This document shows positions 17,514-23,828 of a DNA stretch of 23,828 nt, piece by piece. The DNA is from an uncultured Chroococcidiopsis sp. (GTDB taxonomy: Bacteria > Cyanobacteriota > Cyanobacteriia > Cyanobacteriales > Chroococcidiopsidaceae), in the NCBI GenBank assembly GCA_964248365.1, contig CAXTYC010000054.1:1-23828 (forward strand). Direction: 5' to 3'. Numbering within the stretch: the first letter of the stretch is position 1; every line of letters begins with the position of its first letter. A model generated the notes under the pieces. It was not told where the DNA came from. It saw only the letters and a program-made list of their open reading frames with translations, and did not search any database. The position numbers and the translations under genes were made by a program.

Positions 17514-18872
17514 ATGAGCAGCATTTTTACTGCACCTCAAAAAGCATTTGTTACTATAGGATTAATTTTTGGAATATTATTTCTATTAATTACTCCTCCT
17601 TTCCAAGCTGCTGATGAGTACAACCATTTTTATCGTTCTTTCCAAATATCTGAAGGACAGATAATAGCACAAAAACATCAAAAAGGAGTGGGAGGATTTT
17701 TACCAAAAACTCTTGTGACTACTACAGAAAGAGTATCTGTAGGTATACCCTTCAACCCCAAAGGAAAGCAAAAGCCAGAAAATATTTTTTCCTTATTTAA
17801 TTTACCTTTGGAAAGCAACAATAGGGTATTTGTAGCTTTTCCAAATACAGCCGTATATTCTCCTATTCCATATTTACCCCAAATTCTTGGAATAACACTT
17901 GGAAAGATAATTGGCTTATCCCCGATATTACTTATGTATGTGGGGAGAATTTGTAATTTACTCGTTTGGCTTATCTTGGGGTATCTTGCAATTAGAGTTA
18001 CTCCTATTTGTAAGTGGACATTTTTTTTATTAGCACTAACTCCAATGTCGCTGTTTCAAGCGGCTTCTTTGAGTGCTGATGCTGTGACAAATGGTGTAGC
18101 GTTTCTCCTGATTGCTACTTTTTTACAAACTGCTTTAGAGTCAAAGAAAGTAGTAACAGGAACTCAAGTATTTATTATATTTTTATTATCTGTATTGCTG
18201 GCTTTGGCAAAACAAGCTTATTTTCCCCTCGTAGGTTTATTTTTATTGATACCAGTTGAAAAAGTTGGAAATAGAAAGAAATATGTGGGAATTTTTGCTT
18301 TACTTTTTTTAGCGAGTGTCTGCGCGATCGCTACTTGGTCTTTTTTCAGTAAAAGTACATATACAATATTAGTACCTGATGTTGCGCCGAGTGAGCAAGT
18401 ACATTTTATTCTTACTCATCCGTTTGATTTAGTGGGAGTAATTTTACGTACATTCTGCAAAGATGGAATTGAATATATTAGCCAATTTATTGGAAAGCTT
18501 GGCTGGCTTGATACCAAATTGCCACCTTTATTTATATTATCATATTTAGTTATGTTGGGATTTGTGTCATTAGTAAATCATCGAAAATATCTACTAATAT
18601 CACAAAGGCAAAAAAGAATTTTATTACTCACTTTAATATTAAATGTAATTTTAATTGCTACTATATTATATATTTCTTGGACACCTGTAGGAAAGGAGAG
18701 AATTTTAGGCTTACAAGGTAGATATTTTATTCCAATAGCTCCTCTTGTATTTTTATTACTATATAATAACAAATTTCAAGTAAAAGTAAGAAGTGGTATG
18801 ATAATATCTTTATATTCTGTATTTTCTGCAAGTTTAACAGCAACCATTCTGTTGAAGAGGTATTATTTATAG
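17514..18872 (+). CDS. Polytopic membrane protein, DUF2142-like (probable GT-C fold)
   Basis: TPPFQAADEYNHFYR, YSPIPYLPQ, PMSLFQAASLSAD, GKLGWLD, GLQGRYFIP; many hydrophobic segments. Confidence 0.75.
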   Translation: MSSIFTAPQKAFVTIGLIFGILFLLITPPFQAADEYNHFYRSFQISEGQIIAQKHQKGVGGFLPKTLVTTTERVSVGIPFNPKGKQKPENIFSLFNLPLESNNRVFVAFPNTAVYSPIPYLPQILGITLGKIIGLSPILLMYVGRICNLLVWLILGYLAIRVTPICKWTFFLLALTPMSLFQAASLSADAVTNGVAFLLIATFLQTALESKKVVTGTQVFIIFLLSVLLALAKQAYFPLVGLFLLIPVEKVGNRKKYVGIFALLFLASVCAIATWSFFSKSTYTILVPDVAPSEQVHFILTHPFDLVGVILRTFCKDGIEYISQFIGKLGWLDTKLPPLFILSYLVMLGFVSLVNHRKYLLISQRQKRILLLTLILNVILIATILYISWTPVGKERILGLQGRYFIPIAPLVFLLLYNNKFQVKVRSGMIISLYSVFSASLTATILLKRYYL

Positions 18873-18935
18873 ATGAATATTCAATATAAATAATTTTAGT
18901 TGCAAGTTTACATCTTACAGCAACGCTTTAAGTCC

Positions 18936-19030
18936 GCCTGGAAATTAATTTCCAGGCTCATAGCTAAAGTAAGCTTTAGCTTACTATATTTCGATTTAAG
19001 TGTGTTTTAATAGCCTTTAGCTTTTAGCAT
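18936..19030. repeat. Palindromic dispersed repeat (stacked hairpins)
   Basis: Perfect 22-bp palindrome gcctggaaatt|aatttccaggc (18936-18957), hairpin agtaagct-tt-agcttact (18968-18985), and tagctaaag/ctttagct arms. Confidence 0.65.
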
Positions 19031-19102
19031 GAACACTTGTTTAAGATCAGGTACAAGGACTGAGCAAGGGAATTAATTGGAGGCTTGAAAAAAGAATTGG
19101 TT

Positions 19103-19648
19103 ATGAAGATTATACCAACGGAGATTTCTGATGTTTTGATAATTGAGCCGCAAGTTTTTCAAGACGATCGCGGCTTCTTCTTTGAAAGCTACAACCAAAA
19201 AAGTTTTACTGATAAAACGGGATATTCAGCCGTTTTTGTTCAAGATAACCATTCTCATTCAAAGCAAAATGTCTTGCGGGGTTTGCACTACCAAATTCAA
19301 CAGGCGCAAGGGAAATTAGTCAGAGTGATCGCAGGATCGATTCTCGACGTTGCCATCGACATCCGCAAAAGTTCCCCCACTTTCGGTCAATGGGTAAGTT
19401 GTATACTCAGTGGAGAAAATAAACGCCAGCTTTGGATACCCCCTGGATTTGCTCATGGTTTTCTTGTCCTCTCCCAAGCGGCTGAGGTGCTATATAAAAC
19501 TACAGATTACTACGCACCGCAACACGAACGCTGTATACTCTGGAACGATCCTGACTTAGCAATTGATTGGACTGTAACTACTCCACCCATAGTTTCAGCC
19601 AAAGATCAAGTCGGTGAGCCATTCAAAACAGCTGAATTTTTTCAATGA
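19103..19648 (+). CDS. rfbC: dTDP-4-dehydrorhamnose 3,5-epimerase
   Basis: DDRGFFFES, FVQDNHS, VLRGLHYQ, QGKLVRV, IPPGFAHGF; ATG at 19103 preferred. Confidence 0.96.
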   Translation: MKIIPTEISDVLIIEPQVFQDDRGFFFESYNQKSFTDKTGYSAVFVQDNHSHSKQNVLRGLHYQIQQAQGKLVRVIAGSILDVAIDIRKSSPTFGQWVSCILSGENKRQLWIPPGFAHGFLVLSQAAEVLYKTTDYYAPQHERCILWNDPDLAIDWTVTTPPIVSAKDQVGEPFKTAEFFQ

Positions 19649-20544
19649 AACCTATCCTGATAATTGGTAGTACAGGTCAACTAGGACAAGAATTGCAACA
19701 GATATTAGCACCTCAAAGCAACCTAATTGCTGTTGGACGTGGACAAATTGACCTTTCTCAACCAGACAAAATGCGCTGGTCAATCGAAGAAATTCAACCG
19801 CAGCTGATTATCAATGCAGCTGCTTACACCGCAGTAGATAAAGCCGAAAGCGAACCCGAACTCGCAAAGACTATTAATGCTACTGCTCCTGGTATTATTG
19901 CCCAGGTAGCCCAAAAGCTAGGAGCATTTTTAATTCACGTCTCCACTGATTACGTTTTTGATGGAAGCCAAAGTTTCCCTTACCGAGAAACAGACAAGAC
20001 TAATCCTCTAGGTGTCTATGGTCAAACAAAACTAGCGGGAGAACAAGCGATTAGACTCAATTGTGAAAATCACTTGATAATTCGTACAGCTTGGGTATAC
20101 GGTAGCAAAGGCAAAAGTAACTTTGTTAAAACGATGCTGAAATTGGGTGCAGAACGCGAAGAAATCCGCGTAGTTGCCGATCAAATAGGTAGCCCCACTT
20201 GGGCGAGAGATTTAGCATCCGCGATCGCCATAACCATACCCCAACTAACACCCGAAATTGCTGGTACTTACCACTACACAAATAGCGGTGTCGCCAGTTG
20301 GCATGACTTTGCGGTTGCTATTTTTGAAGAAGCCAAGGGAATCAAATACCCCCTCAAAATAGAGCGTGTCATTCCCATCACTACAGCAGACTATCCCACC
20401 CCAGCCGAACGCCCTGCCTATTCTGTTCTCGCGTGTGAGAAAATATCCAAGGTTTTAGAAACTCCTCGCCCCCACTGGCGACAAGCCCTAAGAAAAATGC
20501 TGACAGAATACACCCATAATTCTGAGCATTGCACAACCAACTAA
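19645..20544 (+). CDS. rfbD: dTDP-4-dehydrorhamnose reductase
   Basis: GSTGQLG, NAAAYTAVDKAE, STDYVFDG, YGQTKLAGE, DQIGSPT. Confidence 0.96.
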   Translation: MKPILIIGSTGQLGQELQQILAPQSNLIAVGRGQIDLSQPDKMRWSIEEIQPQLIINAAAYTAVDKAESEPELAKTINATAPGIIAQVAQKLGAFLIHVSTDYVFDGSQSFPYRETDKTNPLGVYGQTKLAGEQAIRLNCENHLIIRTAWVYGSKGKSNFVKTMLKLGAEREEIRVVADQIGSPTWARDLASAIAITIPQLTPEIAGTYHYTNSGVASWHDFAVAIFEEAKGIKYPLKIERVIPITTADYPTPAERPAYSVLACEKISKVLETPRPHWRQALRKMLTEYTHNSEHCTTN

Positions 20545-20630
20545 CCCTCACCAGGATCTCTTCCTACTCTCTTAGCGCCTTTGCGTCGAGGCGCGACATA
20601 ATCATTTAAACTTCTGTGCAACACCTAAAT

Positions 20631-21707
20631 ATGAAAGCACTAATTCTTTCCGGCGGTAAAGGTACACGACTACGCCCCATCACCTACACAGGGGCTAAAC
20701 AACTAGTACCCGTTGCAAATAAACCGATTTTGTGGTATGGCATTGAAGAAATAGTCGCCAGTGGCATTAAAGACATTGGTATCATCATCAGCCCAGAAAC
20801 GGGTGCAGAAGTACAAGCAAAAACAGGCAGTGGCGATCGCTTTGGAGCCAATATTACCTATATCCTACAAGACAAACCCGCCGGATTAGCCCATGCTGTG
20901 CAAGTCGCCCAGCCTTTCTTAGGTGAAGACCCCTTCATCATGTACCTAGGCGATAACCTAATTCAACAAGGGGACATGATTCACTTTCTCAAGCGATTTA
21001 GCGACAAAGAACACGATGCCTTAATTTTATTGCGACAAGTTACTAATCCTAGTGCTTTTGGTGTTGCCAAAATAGATGAATATGGGCGAGTATTGCAGCT
21101 AGTAGAAAAACCACCTGTTCCGCCGTCAAATCTCGCTTTGGTGGGGGTTTATTTCTTTTCAAATATTATCCATGATGCGATCGCTTGCATTCAACCGTCT
21201 GCTAGGGGAGAACTGGAAATTACAGACGCAATTCAATGTTTAATCGATCAGCACAAAGAAGTAGCAGCTTGCCAATTAGAAGGCTGGTGGTTAGACACTG
21301 GAAAAAAAGACGATCTGCTAGAAGCAAATCGACTGATTCTTGATACCTACCTGCAAGCTTCTATTTTGGGTGAAGTGGATGAGCAAAGTCAAGTAATTGG
21401 GCGAGTAGAAATTGGTGCTAGATCTAAAATAGTTAACTGCACAATTCGTGGTCCCGTTATAATTGGCAATGATTGCTACTTAGAAAATTGTTTCATTGGT
21501 CCCTATAGTAGCATTGCCGATCAAGTGATTATGATTGATACTGATTTGGAACACAGTGTAGTTTTACAAGGCGCTCAAATTGCCAGAATTCATCAACGTA
21601 TTATTGATAGTGTAATTGGACAACGCGCTCAGCTCACAGTTGCTGCCCGTCGTCCCAAAGCCTTGCGTTTTCTCATCGGCGATGACTGTCAAATCGAACT
21701 GTCGTGA
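20631..21707 (+). CDS. rfbA: Glucose-1-phosphate thymidylyltransferase, long form with C-terminal beta-helix-like region
   Basis: ILSGGKGTRLRPITY, KQLVPVANKP, MYLGDN, PSARGELEITDA, WWLDTG; ATG at 20631 preferred. Confidence 0.92.
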   Translation: MKALILSGGKGTRLRPITYTGAKQLVPVANKPILWYGIEEIVASGIKDIGIIISPETGAEVQAKTGSGDRFGANITYILQDKPAGLAHAVQVAQPFLGEDPFIMYLGDNLIQQGDMIHFLKRFSDKEHDALILLRQVTNPSAFGVAKIDEYGRVLQLVEKPPVPPSNLALVGVYFFSNIIHDAIACIQPSARGELEITDAIQCLIDQHKEVAACQLEGWWLDTGKKDDLLEANRLILDTYLQASILGEVDEQSQVIGRVEIGARSKIVNCTIRGPVIIGNDCYLENCFIGPYSSIADQVIMIDTDLEHSVVLQGAQIARIHQRIIDSVIGQRAQLTVAARRPKALRFLIGDDCQIELS

Positions 21708-22540
21708 TTTATTTTTTGACGATTAACTATTATTCTACTAATTTAATCACCGAATTAATCAACTCGATTCAATCGGAGCAAGAATACACAATAATTATTA
21801 TTAATAATTCGCCGGATGATGATTCTATTGGTTTACTCAAGAGTGAATCTGTTGTCATTCTTGAGCCAGAAATTAATTTAGGCTTTGGTCAAGGCTGTAA
21901 TTTTGGTTTGAACTGGATTTATAATCAAAACTCGGTGGCAATTGTTTGGATAATCAATCCAGATGCCTATTTACTACCTGGTTGTTTGGAAAAGATAAAC
22001 TTATTTTTTGATACTTATCCTGAACTATCAATCGTCGGCACAATGGTTTATACTCCAACCCTAAAAGTTTGGTTTGCTGGCGGTAGTTTTATTCCCAAAA
22101 CAGGCGCTATTTTAAATATAGATGTTTTAACGAATTCAGAAACAGCGTATGTGCCTTGTGACTGGGTTTCAGGTTGTAGTTTACTGATTAATCTTGGCAA
22201 TTTTTGTGAATGTCCGCAGTTTGATCCAGCTTATTTTCTTTACTATGAAGACTTTGACTTTTGTAAACGTTACGCTAGCTTGGGTCATTTAATCGGAGTC
22301 ACAGGGCAATTGGGTGTAATTCATCAGGACGGGGCAATTACTAATAGAAATATGTTCAAAAAAATGCAGTACAGTACTTTTAGCTACTTGCTAACTTTAG
22401 AGAAATATACAAATAGTCTAGTGCTGCTTGTGAGATTAACTCGGCTGATTGCCCACGCATTGCTCCTGATGCTGGTAAAACCATCAGTAGCATTTGGTAA
22501 ACTATACGGCGTGTTACTTTATCTTCGTCGATCGCGCTAG
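21704..22540 (+). CDS. GT2 glycosyltransferase
   Basis: INYYS, NLGFGQGCN, IINPDA, WVSGCSLL, YFLYYEDFDFC; GTGA overlap with the rfbA stop. Confidence 0.85.
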   Translation: MIYFLTINYYSTNLITELINSIQSEQEYTIIIINNSPDDDSIGLLKSESVVILEPEINLGFGQGCNFGLNWIYNQNSVAIVWIINPDAYLLPGCLEKINLFFDTYPELSIVGTMVYTPTLKVWFAGGSFIPKTGAILNIDVLTNSETAYVPCDWVSGCSLLINLGNFCECPQFDPAYFLYYEDFDFCKRYASLGHLIGVTGQLGVIHQDGAITNRNMFKKMQYSTFSYLLTLEKYTNSLVLLVRLTRLIAHALLLMLVKPSVAFGKLYGVLLYLRRSR

Positions 22541-22545
22541 AGTTA

Positions 22546-23655
22546 GTGAATTCCTTACTGGTTAACCTGTCTTTTCTCATTACTAAACCAACAGGGCATA
22601 CGGCTTACGCTGTTAATCTATTACCTCATCTACAACCACTCAACCCGACTTTACTGATTTCGCCTCTTGCTCGTACCAATGTAACAGGCTACGTCTCTAC
22701 CACCCAATACAACTACTACCCAATTGGGGCAAATTTAACTCCTGAACAAGGCACAAAAGGACATCTACGGCGTTTGTTATGGACTCAGATGCAATTGCCG
22801 CACATATATCAAAAACTGCATTCGCGCCTTTTATTTTCCCCTATTCCAGAAGCACCTCTTTACACCAATTGTCGTTACATCGTTACTGTACACGATTTCA
22901 TTCCTTTGCGCTTTAAGAGGCGATCGCTCCTGACTCCCTACCACCGTTACTATATTCCCCAAGTCCTTAACCTAGCACAGCACATCATCTGCAACTCTAA
23001 TGCTACTGCGGTCGACATTATCGACTTCTGCCATATCCCAGCTAGCAAAATTACTCCGATCCCGCTTGCTTATGATGCCGATCATTTTCGCATGAGCGAC
23101 GAGCCAGGTGAGGCAGTGCCGAAGCCCTACTTTGTCTATATTGGACGGCACGATCCGCACAAAAATTTGTCTGGGATAATTGCTGCTTTCGCTGCTATGT
23201 CCGGTTGTCGTGACTATGAACTGTGGCTGGCTGGAACACTTGATCGACGTTACACTCCTAAACTTAAAGCCCAGATAGAGGATTTGCAGGTAACTCAACA
23301 AGTGAAGTTTCTTGATTATGTGACCTATAGCCAATTGCCAACGCTACTGAAAAATGCGATCGCCTTGGTATTTCCTAGCCTTTGGGAAGGCTTTGGTTTA
23401 CCTGTTTTGGAAGCAATGGCTTGCGGTACTCCCGTCATCACCTCTAATATCTCCTCTTTGCCGGAAGTGGCTGGTGATGCGGCAATATTAGTTAACCCCT
23501 ACAACAGAGGGGAAATCACGGCAGCAATGCAAGCAATTGCCACAGATTCAAAATTGCGATCGCACCTTTCCACCCTCGGTTTGATTAGAGCTAGTCAATT
23601 TAGCTGGCAAAAGACAGGACTTGCCACACTATCCGTATTACAAAGATTCCTTTAG
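22546..23655 (+). CDS. GT4 (GT-B fold) glycosyltransferase
   Basis: [55 protein letters not shown]. Confidence 0.92.
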   Translation: MNSLLVNLSFLITKPTGHTAYAVNLLPHLQPLNPTLLISPLARTNVTGYVSTTQYNYYPIGANLTPEQGTKGHLRRLLWTQMQLPHIYQKLHSRLLFSPIPEAPLYTNCRYIVTVHDFIPLRFKRRSLLTPYHRYYIPQVLNLAQHIICNSNATAVDIIDFCHIPASKITPIPLAYDADHFRMSDEPGEAVPKPYFVYIGRHDPHKNLSGIIAAFAAMSGCRDYELWLAGTLDRRYTPKLKAQIEDLQVTQQVKFLDYVTYSQLPTLLKNAIALVFPSLWEGFGLPVLEAMACGTPVITSNISSLPEVAGDAAILVNPYNRGEITAAMQAIATDSKLRSHLSTLGLIRASQFSWQKTGLATLSVLQRFL

Positions 23656-23661
23656 TGGAAG

Positions 23662-23828
23662 AAGGGTAAGGGGTAAAGGGAAAAGGTAATTCGTAATTAA
23701 TCATTCTCCCCCTTGCCCCCTAATCCCCACAACGCGAGTGACTCCGAGTTCCCCCTCTCCCCTGATTCCCACTCTCCCCAGCCCCTAGCCCCTAGCCCCT
23801 AGCCCCTAGCCCCTAGCCCCTAGCCCCT
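23662..23828. repeat. Heptamer tandem repeats (GGGTAA(A/G)-like units, then (GCCCCTA)6 plus a partial copy running off the window)
   Basis: GCCCCTA x6 plus GCCCCT at 23781-23828. Confidence 0.9.

Larger units (their letters stand above)
2327..23563. repeat. HIP1 octamer GCGATCGC, 18 exact copies dispersed
   Basis: Hand count, e.g. at about 2327, 3310, 3785, 4084, 6131, 8643, 13696, 20221, 22920, 23556. Confidence 0.9.

Noticed and set aside
9315..23334. Other short ORFs overlapping glycan genes
   Set aside because: All overlap well-supported CDSs and show no recognisable motifs.

Overview
Cyanobacterial chromosomal window (18 exact HIP1 GCGATCGC sites counted, heptamer STRR arrays, GTAG palindromes). 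Left part, minus strand: the conserved petP - ArsA/Get3-like ATPase - chlG cluster, then a PpiC-type peptidylprolyl isomerase and a cNMP/C39-like-domain HlyB-type type I secretion ABC transporter. After these comes a large gene that the ORF track shows only partly. Read through one in-frame TAA (1141-1143), it encodes nine ~39-aa repeats fused to a pancreatic-lipase-like alpha/beta hydrolase. It also appears to be cut at about nt 50 by the end of a probable IS4-family element. Right part, plus strand: an ABC-transporter-dependent surface polysaccharide cluster. It contains wzm, wzt with a C-terminal domain, two methyltransferase proteins ending in coiled coils with the same 'MQSSKFW' tail, several GT2/GT4 glycosyltransferases, a DUF2142-like membrane protein and rfbC/rfbD/rfbA. 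Several MITE-like and palindromic repeats lie between genes and, in three places, inside them. All calls come from manual motif reading; no searches were run.
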